Source: an uncultured Gammaproteobacteria bacterium (lineage in GTDB: Bacteria; Patescibacteriota; Patescibacteriia; UBA10025; JAHIVO01). Taken from it: a stretch of 64,000 bases of DNA. The notes beneath the pieces are model-generated. The model made no database searches. It saw only the letters and a list, made by a program, of their open reading frames with translations, and had not been told where the DNA came from. Below, one piece after another: positions 34,489-44,441 of the stretch (its first letter is position 1; every line of letters starts with the position of its first letter). The position numbers and the translations under genes were made by a program. The stretch covers positions 3,228 through 67,227 of the forward strand of contig CAZVMV010000005.1 in assembly GCA_964628855.1 (NCBI GenBank). The letters run 5' to 3'.

Positions 34489-35085
34489 ATGCTTACTCCC
34501 GAAGAATACCAGTCAAAAAGCGATGAGGAATTAGTGTCTTTGACACTTGCTGACCAGGAAGTATTTTTGTATTTGATGCAGAGATACGAAAGTAAGCTTT
34601 TGAGGTATGTGAATCGGACATTCAGTACCAGGAAGGAGGATGCTGAGGATATCGTTCAGGAAAGTTTTATCAATGCTTATAGGTATTTGAACAGCTTTGA
34701 CCAGCACTTGAAATTCTCGTCTTGGCTTTATCGCATCGCCCATAATGCGGCAGTCAGTTATTTCCGAAAAGCAAAGGCCCGGCCTCAATTGGTGGATTCT
34801 GAGGACAGCGAACTCATGTTGGAGCGGATCGCGTCTGATTATGATTTGCAGGATGAGGTGCATTCAAAACTGACAGGTGAGAAAGTTCGAGCAGTGCTAG
34901 AGCATCTTGATCCTAAATACCGGGAAGTGCTGATCCTGAGATATCTAGAAAATAAGGAATACCAGGAAATTTCGGATATATTGAGAAAACCGATCGGGAC
35001 GATCGGGACTTTGCTCAACCGGGCAAAAAAACAGTTTGTCACGACTATCCAGCTTCATTCGTCACATTTGGCAGAATCATTATGA
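34489..35085 (+). CDS. ECF-type RNA polymerase sigma-70 family factor
   Basis: Region 2 reads DIVQESFINAYRYLNSF...WLYRIAHN. Region 4 reads REVLILRYLENKEYQEISDILRKPIGTIGTLLNRAKK. The start is ATG at 34489 or TTG at 34483. Confidence 0.85.
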   Translation: MLTPEEYQSKSDEELVSLTLADQEVFLYLMQRYESKLLRYVNRTFSTRKEDAEDIVQESFINAYRYLNSFDQHLKFSSWLYRIAHNAAVSYFRKAKARPQLVDSEDSELMLERIASDYDLQDEVHSKLTGEKVRAVLEHLDPKYREVLILRYLENKEYQEISDILRKPIGTIGTLLNRAKKQFVTTIQLHSSHLAESL

Positions 35086-35870
35086 ATTCAATCAGCAGCC
35101 AGACATTAGAAAAACTAAAAGCACAACACGTGACCCCAATCCCACGTTGGGAATTTTTGCTGAAGGATTCTGTGGTTTGGGTTGGTTTTGTAATTGCAGT
35201 TTTGATTGGCAGCGTCGCTTATTGTGTGGCCTTCTTCATGCTTAGCACGCAAGATTGGAAACTCCATGATTATGTAGGGGGGAGTGCATTAGCTGACGCC
35301 TTGTCTGGTTTGCCGTATTTATGGTTTATCGTCCTGATTTTATTCATGGCGCTGGCAATGTATAATTTCCGTCATACTCAATCCGGTTACCGATATCGTG
35401 TCTGGGGGGTGGTTATGGCCAGCATTGGTGCGAGTATTCTGATCGGCAGCGCACTGCATTATACCGGCTTTGGAAATTTTCTGGACCGGGTCATGGCAGA
35501 GAATATGCCGGTCTACCGCCAATTAACACCTGACCGCCAATCAGTCTGGACCCAACCGGAAAAGGGTTTGTTATCCGGGAAAATTCTACAACCAGACCAA
35601 GCCATGCCAAATACCCTGGTTATAAAAGATTTTAAAGGAAAAAAGTGGCTGATCAGCATAAATTCGGCTGTAATTGACCCGCATTTAAATTTTTCAGTCG
35701 GACAATATATTAAAATCGTCGGCCAAAAAACCGATTCAAACCAATTCCAGGCCAGCCATATCATGCCATGGAATATGCAGCGCTGGATCGATGATTATAA
35801 TGAAATACAGGATGAAAGCATTTTGTTTTTCACTAATCCTAGGCAATCGTTAATTATTCTACACACCTGA
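35082..35870 (+). CDS. Membrane protein, putative cognate anti-sigma factor
   Basis: It forms an ATGA overlap with the sigma gene. It has a short cytoplasmic N-terminus, 4 TM helices and an extracytoplasmic C-terminal domain. Confidence 0.5.
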   Translation: MNSISSQTLEKLKAQHVTPIPRWEFLLKDSVVWVGFVIAVLIGSVAYCVAFFMLSTQDWKLHDYVGGSALADALSGLPYLWFIVLILFMALAMYNFRHTQSGYRYRVWGVVMASIGASILIGSALHYTGFGNFLDRVMAENMPVYRQLTPDRQSVWTQPEKGLLSGKILQPDQAMPNTLVIKDFKGKKWLISINSAVIDPHLNFSVGQYIKIVGQKTDSNQFQASHIMPWNMQRWIDDYNEIQDESILFFTNPRQSLIILHT

Positions 35871-36254
35871 TGAAATAATTTTTAGGTTATCCTGCGTATA
35901 AGGGTTGAAAGGTCGAAAAAATCATTAGCATCTTGATAAGCGGTACCGATAATTTGCGAATATTTCACCTGCTGTTTGTTAGCCACCGGTATCCAAATTG
36001 CCGGCATATGACAGCGGCTACTATGTTAGAGAAAATTGAATCCAGCAGGCTAGGAATATGAGAATCGTTTATGGGGACTGATGAGCCGGTCCCATACAAC
36101 ACTTGAGAATTGCGGAATGCGAAAGGTTTCACCCCCACCACATTTCCACGAAAACTTAGGTGTCAAAAAAACTTACCAACTTGTTCAAAAGATGCTATTG
36201 GTGATGACAGGCAAAGTAATACGCAGGGCAGCCCCCAATAAGGGCTGTTCTTTG

Positions 36255-36914
36255 TTAAATTCTTTTCGGGTCGATAATTTCGGCAAAATCGTTTCTCACG
36301 GCATTGACACGGGGAGAGACGGGATACATATTCATCTGGTTTGCCGGTAAGGGTTTAAGCACGGACAATGCCGCTTCCAGTTCGGCCGACGTGTCAGTCC
36401 ACAAGGATTCATATTCAGGCCGGAGAATTACCGGCATGCGGTCATGGAGCCGACTAACCAGATCGTTTGCTGGTACAGTAATTATGGAAAACGTTGGGAT
36501 GGCATTACCAGTAGGAGGGGAATACGTAGTCCAGATACCGGCAAAGGAAAAAGGCTGTTCATTTTTCAGGAAAATGCGGTAAGGTATTTTTTGCCCGTTT
36601 TTTCTGTCCCATTCAAAAAAACTATCAGCCAGGACCAGGCAACGATTTCTTTTGGCGGCATTTTTAAATGACGGTTTTAGGCTGATCGTTTCTGCTCGCG
36701 CATTTATCAGTGGATGGGAGGGTTTATTTTTCATCCAAACCGGTATCAGACCCCACTGGCCCAAGGTGATGGCTTGAGGTTCGGTATTCAAAATCACCGG
36801 AAGCCGTTGGGTCGGAGCCGCATTGAAATGGCGGGTTAAGGGCATTTTTATTTGCGCATGCCAACGTTCTTCGATAATATCGTCTTTTGAAAAAAATGAA
36901 TATCGCCCGCACAT
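36255..36914 (-). CDS. SOS-response-associated peptidase (SRAP/YedK-type abasic-site processing protein)
   Basis: It has the N-terminal MCGRY with catalytic Cys2, plus INARAET and FFEW motifs. Confidence 0.85.
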   Translation of the reverse strand: MCGRYSFFSKDDIIEERWHAQIKMPLTRHFNAAPTQRLPVILNTEPQAITLGQWGLIPVWMKNKPSHPLINARAETISLKPSFKNAAKRNRCLVLADSFFEWDRKNGQKIPYRIFLKNEQPFSFAGIWTTYSPPTGNAIPTFSIITVPANDLVSRLHDRMPVILRPEYESLWTDTSAELEAALSVLKPLPANQMNMYPVSPRVNAVRNDFAEIIDPKRI

Positions 36915-37029
36915 ATGAATTTAGTATACATTAAAAAAAATTTTTAGGAAGCGGGCATTTCAATGTCTTTGACCGATAACTGAAATTCAATTAAACTTAA
37001 GGTACTTTTATTGATAATTATCTTTCATA

Positions 37030-37578
37030 ATGACCGCAATTGAGCGAATAATAACTGCCGGAGCAATATTGGGATTGGCTATACTGGTATTATTTATAGC
37101 GGTCCTGATATTGTCTAAGCGCCGTCCCGACCATTCGGTGACACAATTGATGAATCGCGTAAGTTTACCATTAGCTGTATTGATAGTTTCTGTGGCAGTG
37201 CTCGGGAGCTTGTATTTTTCCCAAATAGCCCTGTATGAACCGTGCAATTTATGCTGGTGGCAACGCGTGTGCATGTTCCCGTTATTGATTATTTTAATAC
37301 TGGCTTGGCGTAAACGTGATGCCGGTGCAAAAAAATACGTTTATGTTTTGGCTGGCATCGGCGCTGTGTTGGCGGCTTATAATTCGTATCTCCAGATTTG
37401 GCCGCCGTCGAGCCAACACTGTGTTTTGGGAGGTTTGGTGGACTGCTCGACCAGATACGTGTTTACCTTGGGATTCATCACCATCCCATTCATTTCGTTA
37501 GTTTCATTTCTACTCATTATAACATGCATGCTTTTCTGGCATCCTACACAAAAAAGTTTGCAAATTGAAAAAGTATGA
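37030..37578 (+). CDS. Disulfide bond formation protein (DsbB/BdbC family)
   Basis: It has 4 TM helices. The first loop carries CNLCWWQR and the second loop carries a Cys pair (HCVLGGLVDC). Confidence 0.75.
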   Translation: MTAIERIITAGAILGLAILVLFIAVLILSKRRPDHSVTQLMNRVSLPLAVLIVSVAVLGSLYFSQIALYEPCNLCWWQRVCMFPLLIILILAWRKRDAGAKKYVYVLAGIGAVLAAYNSYLQIWPPSSQHCVLGGLVDCSTRYVFTLGFITIPFISLVSFLLIITCMLFWHPTQKSLQIEKV

Positions 37579-38000
37579 GAAAAATATTTATAATTTTATT
37601 ATTAGCCATTTTGTCATTGTCGGCTAGTGGTTGTTCCAAAAACGCTCCAATAACGCAACCGTCAGAAAATTTGAATTCCTTAAACAAAAATAATTTATCG
37701 GCTAGCGCTATAAATACTAATACATCAAAATCAAGTAGCACTGATTTTTCCCCGGCAACGACCCAGGCTATTGTCATTGGAGACGATAATTTCAGTCCCT
37801 CAGTAGTCCAGGTAAAAGTCGGCGATACCGTTACCTGGAAAAATTCATCCGCAATCCAGCACAGCATTAGGTCGGACTCGTTCAGCTCCGGGAATCTCCG
37901 TACCAACGATACTTTTTCTTACCAGTTTCCAACTGCAGGTACATTTGATTATACCTGCGGGATCCATCCAGAGATGACTGGCCAGGTTATCGTGCGTTAG
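37575..38000 (+). CDS. Cupredoxin (plastocyanin-like type-1 copper) lipoprotein
   Basis: The lipobox is LSASGC. The copper ligands are H (IQHSI) and C-x2-H-x2-M (YTCGIHPEM). It overlaps the dsbB-like gene by 4 nt. Confidence 0.75.
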   Translation: MRKIFIILLLAILSLSASGCSKNAPITQPSENLNSLNKNNLSASAINTNTSKSSSTDFSPATTQAIVIGDDNFSPSVVQVKVGDTVTWKNSSAIQHSIRSDSFSSGNLRTNDTFSYQFPTAGTFDYTCGIHPEMTGQVIVR

Positions 38001-38032
38001 TTTTTTACTTATATTTGATTGACTCAGTAGGT

Positions 38033-39148
38033 ATGATAAAAAAGATATTAATTATTAGCGGTCTCACAGTACTTTTTTTGTTGTTTGTTAGCCTGGGCTT
38101 GTTAGGCTGGTTCCAGGGGAAAAATATGCCCATACTGGATAGGGTGGTCACAGTCCCTATTCTGGAAAAAAACGCAGCCGATGTCATGGGAGCCGTACAA
38201 CAGAACATGTCCAGTTTGCAGACGGCAAAATATGACCTGGAAATTATTGTGAAGCCAGTTAAATCACAGAGCATCAGAAATGTAAAGTTCAGCGCTTTAT
38301 TTGACGGCAAGGTTGGGCAGGCGCTACTCGGGCAGTTGCATCTTGGCGCTTCGATTGAAATAAACAATCTGACTTATTTGAGTTCTGCCGAATTCCGTTT
38401 TGCTGAAAATCAAAGTTATTTCCGCCTGACGGATGTCCCGGCGCTGAATTTTATCAACATGTCAGCAATTGAGAACCGCTGGTATACTTTTAAGTCAAGT
38501 GATATTGCCGGCCCTAACGGCGGTGAGTGGACTAACGTAGGCCAATCGATCAAAACCTCAACTCTGATTACTGGTTATGAAAGAAAGCCGGACGAGCAAA
38601 TCAACGGTCAGACAGCCTATCGTTTTGATGTTAAACTTAGCCCGTCAGCTCTCTCTCAGCTAGTTGATCTAACTGCCCATGCAGCTTGGCCTGGGCCATC
38701 TACAGAATTGCTGAAAAAATTAATGTCTGGCCAACAGTGTGACATGGCAACAATTTGGATCGGTAAGGAAAATTTATTGCTATATCAGATCGCATTCCGT
38801 TCGCACGGGACAGATTCGGAGCTGGACGCAAAACTGTTTGTTGACGGCTTTAACCAAGAAGTGGCAATTGAACAGCCGGGTGATGCAGAACCGATCTCGT
38901 CGCTTCCCCGGTTATTTTTCGGTGAAACAAATTTTCTGGATTGGCCTCTGTTCGGTTATCAGCTTGGTTTGGATTTATCTAAATCGACGGTTGATGCTGA
39001 TAAGGATGGTTTATATGAGATATGGGAAGACATATTCGGTACAGACCCAAATATTAGTGACAGCGATCATGATGGTTTTGTTGATGGCGTGGAGGTGCGT
39101 GGCGGTTATAATCCTATGGGTTCTGGAAAATTCATGGCCAACTGGTAA
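38033..39148 (+). CDS. Membrane-anchored extracytoplasmic protein with C-terminal TSP3-like Ca-binding motifs
   Basis: It has an N-terminal TM helix. The C-terminus reads DADKDGLYEIWEDIFGTDPNISDSDHDGFVDGVE. Confidence 0.65.
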   Translation: MIKKILIISGLTVLFLLFVSLGLLGWFQGKNMPILDRVVTVPILEKNAADVMGAVQQNMSSLQTAKYDLEIIVKPVKSQSIRNVKFSALFDGKVGQALLGQLHLGASIEINNLTYLSSAEFRFAENQSYFRLTDVPALNFINMSAIENRWYTFKSSDIAGPNGGEWTNVGQSIKTSTLITGYERKPDEQINGQTAYRFDVKLSPSALSQLVDLTAHAAWPGPSTELLKKLMSGQQCDMATIWIGKENLLLYQIAFRSHGTDSELDAKLFVDGFNQEVAIEQPGDAEPISSLPRLFFGETNFLDWPLFGYQLGLDLSKSTVDADKDGLYEIWEDIFGTDPNISDSDHDGFVDGVEVRGGYNPMGSGKFMANW

Positions 39149-39249
39149 ACTTGCAGGCATCTTGACATATTTCCTCGCCTGAGCTATAGTGATCCATTAT
39201 CAAAAAGTGATAGTAGGTCAATATTTGCGTAAATATTCAGTTTTTTATT

Positions 39250-39810
39250 ATGCCAGTACCGGTGTTTGAACAATTGAACGCGCAAGAAAACAAAGCCGAA
39301 GTATTAGTGGCAAAAAAGCCGGGATATACTGCGGGAGCCATTTTTTTTACAATATTAATGGTGGCAGCGCTGGTTGTCCTCGGCGAATTCGCATTTCGTG
39401 ATTCCAACAGGTTATTCAACCCATATTATCAGAATTGTCAGCCAAAAACCAAAAACGCCACAATTTTTTCCGGAAAAACTGTAAAACTCCCCGCAAATTG
39501 CCAGGTGGAAAAATATGAGCGCACCCGTTTAATTTTGCATGCTGATTTCGTTGTGCCCGTCATCCTGGTCATGTTAGTAGTATTCGCCGCAACGCGCCGA
39601 CGTCTTGAGTCTGCCCAGTTAAAACTAATTTTATTGTCATTCTACATTTTCACCGGTTGGATTACTGTCAGGGTATTGGGGGAGACTGAATATTACTTAT
39701 TGAAACACCATACTCTGGTTGGCCGCTATACGGTTATTCTGACTGTCGTGGCATTGCTGGCTATCATGATCATAATTGTCCAACGCCGCGCCAACAAGAA
39801 GGTGGCATAA
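39250..39810 (+). CDS. Hypothetical membrane protein (4 TM)
   Basis: It is a hydrophobic ORF with no recognised motif. Confidence 0.5.
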   Translation: MPVPVFEQLNAQENKAEVLVAKKPGYTAGAIFFTILMVAALVVLGEFAFRDSNRLFNPYYQNCQPKTKNATIFSGKTVKLPANCQVEKYERTRLILHADFVVPVILVMLVVFAATRRRLESAQLKLILLSFYIFTGWITVRVLGETEYYLLKHHTLVGRYTVILTVVALLAIMIIIVQRRANKKVA

Positions 39811-39915
39811 TATTGACGTTATGTGTCTGGTAAACGCTGAAAAAGCGTTTTTTTATTATATATAATATGGTATACTTAGAACCAGTTTGAAAGCATAAGT
39901 TGAAATAATATTTTC

Positions 39916-41043
39916 ATGCCAGCAAAGACAAAATCAATATACGCCCTGGCCATGTTTGTCGGGACCGTTATCGGTGTCGGAATTTTTGGCTTGCCATATG
40001 TGGCTTCCAAGGTTGGTTTTGCCATTATGGCATTATTTTTGCTATTAATGAGCGGGCTGGCGATAGTCATTCATTTATTTTTTGCGGAATTGGCCGCGAA
40101 GACAAAAGGCCTCCATAGACTGCCCGGTTATGCTGAGATCTATTTTGGGGCCGGGGCGAAACGTGCCACCCTGATAGTACAGCTGCTGGACCTGTTTGGG
40201 GCGCTGCTGGCATATTTGATAATTGGCGGACAGTTTTTGGCATACCTTTTTGATGGCTCTGTTATACTTTACACTTTCATTTTTTTGCTTCTGGGCGCTC
40301 TTTTGATTTGGCGTGACCAAAAATCAATCGGCACAGTAGAACTAATTCTCCTGATAATTTTTTTGGCAGTAGTTCTATTCTTTTCATTCGTAGGATTCGG
40401 GCATATCGAGCCAAGGCACCTCAGCACCGTCGATTGGCGGTATCTGTTTGTCCCTTATGGAGTAGTGGTGTTTTCACTTTGGGGCACATCAATAATTCCT
40501 GAAGTCAAGGAAATGCTCGATGGCAATATGGTAAAACTCCGGAACGTGCTGATCGGAGGTATCCTCATTTGCACTCTCGTTTATTTGTTATTCACCCTGG
40601 TTGTCCTGGGCATTTCCGGTTCACGCACAACTGCTGATGCGATTTCAGGTTTGAAGGGGGAGCTTGGCGACTGGGTTTTGAAAATAGGATACTTATTCGG
40701 CATCTTGACTACGTTTACGTCTTTCATCACCCTCGGCTTAACGGTTAAAAAATTGTTCTGGTACGATTATGGGGTGCCAAAACGCATTGCCTGGTTTGTG
40801 GCCGTCACGGTGCCAGTCTTGATGTTCGTTTCCGGTCTGAAGGATTTTATTACCGTCATCGGCCTGACCGGTGCCGTCATGCTTGGGCTAGAGGGCGTGT
40901 TAATTACCCTAATTTATTTAAAAATAAAGAAAAAGGAAGCAATAAAGAATTATACCTTGTTGAAAATCGGCAGCATTGCTGTCATTACTTTGTTGAGTAT
41001 AGGGGTTGTTCTGGAGGTTTTCTTTACTACCACTGGATTTTAA
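39916..41043 (+). CDS. Amino-acid permease (Aa_trans/Trp-Tyr permease-like, ~11 TM)
   Basis: The N-terminal motif is FVGTVIGVGIFGLPYVASKVG. It is polytopic. Confidence 0.7.
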   Translation: MPAKTKSIYALAMFVGTVIGVGIFGLPYVASKVGFAIMALFLLLMSGLAIVIHLFFAELAAKTKGLHRLPGYAEIYFGAGAKRATLIVQLLDLFGALLAYLIIGGQFLAYLFDGSVILYTFIFLLLGALLIWRDQKSIGTVELILLIIFLAVVLFFSFVGFGHIEPRHLSTVDWRYLFVPYGVVVFSLWGTSIIPEVKEMLDGNMVKLRNVLIGGILICTLVYLLFTLVVLGISGSRTTADAISGLKGELGDWVLKIGYLFGILTTFTSFITLGLTVKKLFWYDYGVPKRIAWFVAVTVPVLMFVSGLKDFITVIGLTGAVMLGLEGVLITLIYLKIKKKEAIKNYTLLKIGSIAVITLLSIGVVLEVFFTTTGF

Positions 41044-41046
41044 AAT

Positions 41047-42465
41047 ATGAATAACGTTCGAGTCAGATTTGCCCCATCACCGACTGGATATTTGCATATT
41101 GGCGGTTTACGTACGGCTTTATTTAATTGGTTATGGGCCAGAAAAAATAACGGCAAGTTTATCCTCAGGATAGAGGATACGGATCAGAGCCGTTATGTAG
41201 AGGGTGCCGTAGAGAATATCCTGGAAGCATTGAAATGGTACGGTTTAGATATCGATGAAGGCCCGATTTTCCAATCAGAACGCCTGCCGATCTATCGCCA
41301 GCATGCACAAGAGTTGGTCGATAAAGGACGGGCGTATTATTGTTTCTGTACAGAGGAGCGCCTAGATCAGATCAGAAAAGTCCAAGAAGTTAATCGCCAA
41401 CCGACTAGGTATGACGGCTTGTGTCGTGCCTTGGCACCCGAAGAGGCTCAGCGGCGTCTATCCGCAGGAGAATCTCATGTCGTGAGGCTAAAAGCTCCGG
41501 TCGAGGGCAAAACTTCATTCCAAGATTTGGTCAGGGGTCAAGTAGAGGTCGCGAATGAAACTTTAGACGACACGGTTCTTTTGAAATCAGATGGGTATCC
41601 GACATACCATCTTGCCAATGTGATCGATGACCACGACGAGGCCATAACACATGTCATCCGGGCGGAAGAGTGGCTGCCATCGACGCCGCGCCATTTATTG
41701 CTTTATAAGGCATTTGGATGGACTCCACCGTTATATGCCCATCCGGCCATGGTCTTGGGCACTGACCGCTCAAAGCTCTCCAAGCGCCATGGCGCTACGT
41801 CCGCTCTGGAATACCGCGAACTCGGTTATTTGCCCGAGGCTGTTTTAAATTTTATCGCTTTGCTTGGGTGGAATCCTAAAGATGACCGAGAAGTTTTTTC
41901 TCGAGATGAATTGATTAAAGAATTTGATTTAATCAAACTTAACAAGGCTGGCGCAATTTTTAATATCGAAAAATTAGACTGGCTCAACAGCCAATACATC
42001 AAGAAACTTCCTGTGGACGTTTTGACTGAAAAGGTACAGCCCTGGCTTCCGGAAATTCCGGATCAGGTAAGCCCGACTAAGGTCGTGGCATTGTTCCAAG
42101 ACCGAATGAAAAAGCTCTCTGACATCAGGGAACTGTCCGGTTTTCTTTTCTCCACTGAACTGGATTATCCGGCGGATATCCTCGTACCGAAGAATACTGA
42201 ACGCGCAGAGGTCGGAAAGACACTTGCATTGTCCTACAAGTTGCTTGAATCGATCGACGGTGGGGAGTATAATTCTGAATCTCTAAAAAAATCTTTTGAA
42301 CAATTTATCGCCAAAAACGCCCTTACCAATAAAGGTGTGTTGTGGCCGCTGCGGGTAGCGGTGACCGGTCTGGAAAAGAGCCCCGGCGTGTTTGAAGTCA
42401 TGGAGGTGCTGGGAAAAGCGGAAACATTGAAACGTGTTGAAAATGCTATAGCCCGGTTGAAATAA
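41047..42465 (+). CDS. gltX: Glutamate--tRNA ligase
   Basis: A HIGH-type motif (PSPTGYLHIGG) and a KMSKS-type motif (KLSKRHG) are present. Confidence 0.9.
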   Translation: MNNVRVRFAPSPTGYLHIGGLRTALFNWLWARKNNGKFILRIEDTDQSRYVEGAVENILEALKWYGLDIDEGPIFQSERLPIYRQHAQELVDKGRAYYCFCTEERLDQIRKVQEVNRQPTRYDGLCRALAPEEAQRRLSAGESHVVRLKAPVEGKTSFQDLVRGQVEVANETLDDTVLLKSDGYPTYHLANVIDDHDEAITHVIRAEEWLPSTPRHLLLYKAFGWTPPLYAHPAMVLGTDRSKLSKRHGATSALEYRELGYLPEAVLNFIALLGWNPKDDREVFSRDELIKEFDLIKLNKAGAIFNIEKLDWLNSQYIKKLPVDVLTEKVQPWLPEIPDQVSPTKVVALFQDRMKKLSDIRELSGFLFSTELDYPADILVPKNTERAEVGKTLALSYKLLESIDGGEYNSESLKKSFEQFIAKNALTNKGVLWPLRVAVTGLEKSPGVFEVMEVLGKAETLKRVENAIARLK

Positions 42466-42483
42466 AAACGCCTTTGTGCTATA

Positions 42484-43869
42484 ATGCTTTTGCTTAAACA
42501 TAAGCACAAACAGCACATGACGAGCTTAAACAAAAATAAAAAAACCAACCTGATAGCAAATGTAAGCCTGGCTGTACTAGTGGCCAGTTTTTTGATTTTG
42601 CCGGTATGGAATTTGACAGTCCAAGCGCAAACCGCGAATACCAACGCTACTACAAATGCCAATACCAATACGGAATTAAATGCCAACACATCAGTTAACG
42701 CCAATACCAACAACGCCACGACAAACGTGAATCTGGACGATCTGGCCATGTCCGAATTGAATCGGGCTTTAGATGAGAAGCGCAAAGCGATAGATGAACT
42801 GAAAAAACGCACAGAAACTTACCAGTCCAATATTGAGGTCAAGCAGCAGGAGGCAGTCACCCTACAAAACCAGTTGTCCCTGATCGACCTGCAGGTCCAG
42901 CAGGCGGAAAATGATATTGAAACTGTAAAGGCAGAAATTGAAGCGGTTAACCTGGAGATAAACGAATTGGACAAACAAATTTCCACAAAAACTGACGAGC
43001 TGGCTTATAACAAGAAAATTTTGGCAGAGTATCTCCGGGTTATAAATAAAAATGACCAGAAGACGTATCTGGAAATTTTGATGTCCAATGGTTCATTCTC
43101 GGAGTTTTTTGACCAGATGCAATATACCCAGGACCTCCAGGGCCAAGCCCAAGCCACGCTTAAATCCATCCATGAGGCGAAGCTGGCTCTCGATGATCAG
43201 AAATCAGTAAAAAACGACAAGAAAAATGAACTGACGAGCTTATCAGACAAGTTGTCACTCTCAATAACAAATTTGGCCAGCCAAAAGGATTATAAATCGA
43301 ATCTTCTTACGGAAACGAAAAATTCTGAATCGAAGTTCACGGATTTGCTGGAAGTGGCGAAACAGGAACAGCTGGCGGCAGAAGCCGAAATGAATACGCT
43401 GGAATCGAAAGCCAGGGAAAAACTGCAGGACGAAGGTGTGGACCTGAATATCGAATCGACTTTCATCTGGCCGGCCAGTCCAACCAAAGGCATCAGTGCA
43501 TATTTCCATGACCCAACATATATTTTTAAAAAATATTTCCAACACCCGGCCATTGACATACCAATTGCACAGGGTACTGCCATCAGGGCGGCAGACAACG
43601 GTTATGTGGTTCGGGCGAAGAATGCAGGCATGGGATACAGCTATGTCATGCTGGTCCACAACAACCAGCTTTCAACAGTTTATGGCCACATGAGCCGTAT
43701 AGATGTGTCGGAGGATAGTTACGTAGTGAGGGGTCAGCAAATCGGCCTTTCTGGAGGTACGCCAGGTACGGCTGGGGCAGGAAGCTTCACTACAGGCCCA
43801 CATTTGCATTTTGAGGTACGTTCCAATGGCATCCCAGTAAATCCTTTGGATTACCTGCCAGCCCGGTAA
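42484..43869 (+). CDS. M23 peptidase with N/T-rich linker and long coiled coil (EnvC-like)
   Basis: Motifs HPAIDIPIAQGTAIRAADNGYVV and GPHLHFEVRSNGIPVNP are present. A heptad-rich central region is present, with low-complexity ANTNATTNANTNTELNANTSVNANTNNATTN. Confidence 0.8.
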   Translation: MLLLKHKHKQHMTSLNKNKKTNLIANVSLAVLVASFLILPVWNLTVQAQTANTNATTNANTNTELNANTSVNANTNNATTNVNLDDLAMSELNRALDEKRKAIDELKKRTETYQSNIEVKQQEAVTLQNQLSLIDLQVQQAENDIETVKAEIEAVNLEINELDKQISTKTDELAYNKKILAEYLRVINKNDQKTYLEILMSNGSFSEFFDQMQYTQDLQGQAQATLKSIHEAKLALDDQKSVKNDKKNELTSLSDKLSLSITNLASQKDYKSNLLTETKNSESKFTDLLEVAKQEQLAAEAEMNTLESKAREKLQDEGVDLNIESTFIWPASPTKGISAYFHDPTYIFKKYFQHPAIDIPIAQGTAIRAADNGYVVRAKNAGMGYSYVMLVHNNQLSTVYGHMSRIDVSEDSYVVRGQQIGLSGGTPGTAGAGSFTTGPHLHFEVRSNGIPVNPLDYLPAR

Positions 43870-44013
43870 TTTGGGCAATATAGAGCGTTTAAGGTACTGA
43901 ATTTATAAATTTGGCTAATTTTAGCTAATTTAATTTATTTGACAATAATCCAATACGGATGTAAAAAGGCGATAGTGGACATATTATCGAAGTACCTTTT
44001 CAAGGAGGCAATT

Positions 44014-44343
44014 ATGCGAACGGCTACCTTCGCTGCACAAGCTCTCGACGTAGATACTTTAGTCAGAGTAATGTCGTCACCGACGCAGGATCCAGGATGC
44101 CGACCTGACCTCGATCAAATAAGCATCACTGTTAAGTTGTCTAATGGCAACACAGTCCTTGGCCAGTGGTATGACGGCGAAGAACAATTGGACCTGGTGT
44201 CCAATGATACGTTTTTTTCGAACGAGGCTGAAGTTAGGACGCAGGCGGAGCGACTGCTCGAGAACCTCGGTGAGGCTTCTGTCCTGATCGGCTTCCGTTA
44301 CCGGGGCGAATTGGTTAAAATTATTTTCGCCAAGGGTATCTGA
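44014..44343 (+). CDS. Hypothetical protein (109 aa)
   Basis: The RBS AAGGAGG lies 6 nt before the ATG at 44014. An upstream TTGACA lies at 43939-43944 and a terminator follows. Confidence 0.5.
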   Translation: MRTATFAAQALDVDTLVRVMSSPTQDPGCRPDLDQISITVKLSNGNTVLGQWYDGEEQLDLVSNDTFFSNEAEVRTQAERLLENLGEASVLIGFRYRGELVKIIFAKGI

Positions 44344-44368
44344 GCGGTTCGTGGATTCGGTCACAAAT

Positions 44369-44396
44369 ACCGTCCTATCAATAGGACGGTTTTATA
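44369..44396 (+). terminator. Rho-independent terminator
   Basis: Stem ACCGTCC/GGACGGT is followed by TTTATATTT. Confidence 0.6.
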
Positions 44397-44441
44397 TTTG
44401 ATTTTAATTTACTAAATACTGATAATTTTGCTGATGGCCGG

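Noticed and set aside
36068-36140. A hammerhead-ribozyme-like core: CUGAUGAG at 36078-36085 and CGAAA at 36120-36124.
   Set aside because: Stem II pairs for only 2 bp, the A15.1-U16.1 pair and a proper NUH cleavage triplet are missing, and stem I is weak. An 8-mer like CUGAUGAG is expected about twice by chance in 64 kb on both strands.
36081-36350. An 89-aa plus-strand ORF overlapping the 3' end of the SRAP gene.
   Set aside because: It runs through a plus-strand terminator-like hairpin (36229-36256) and into the well-supported SRAP coding region, and it has no RBS.
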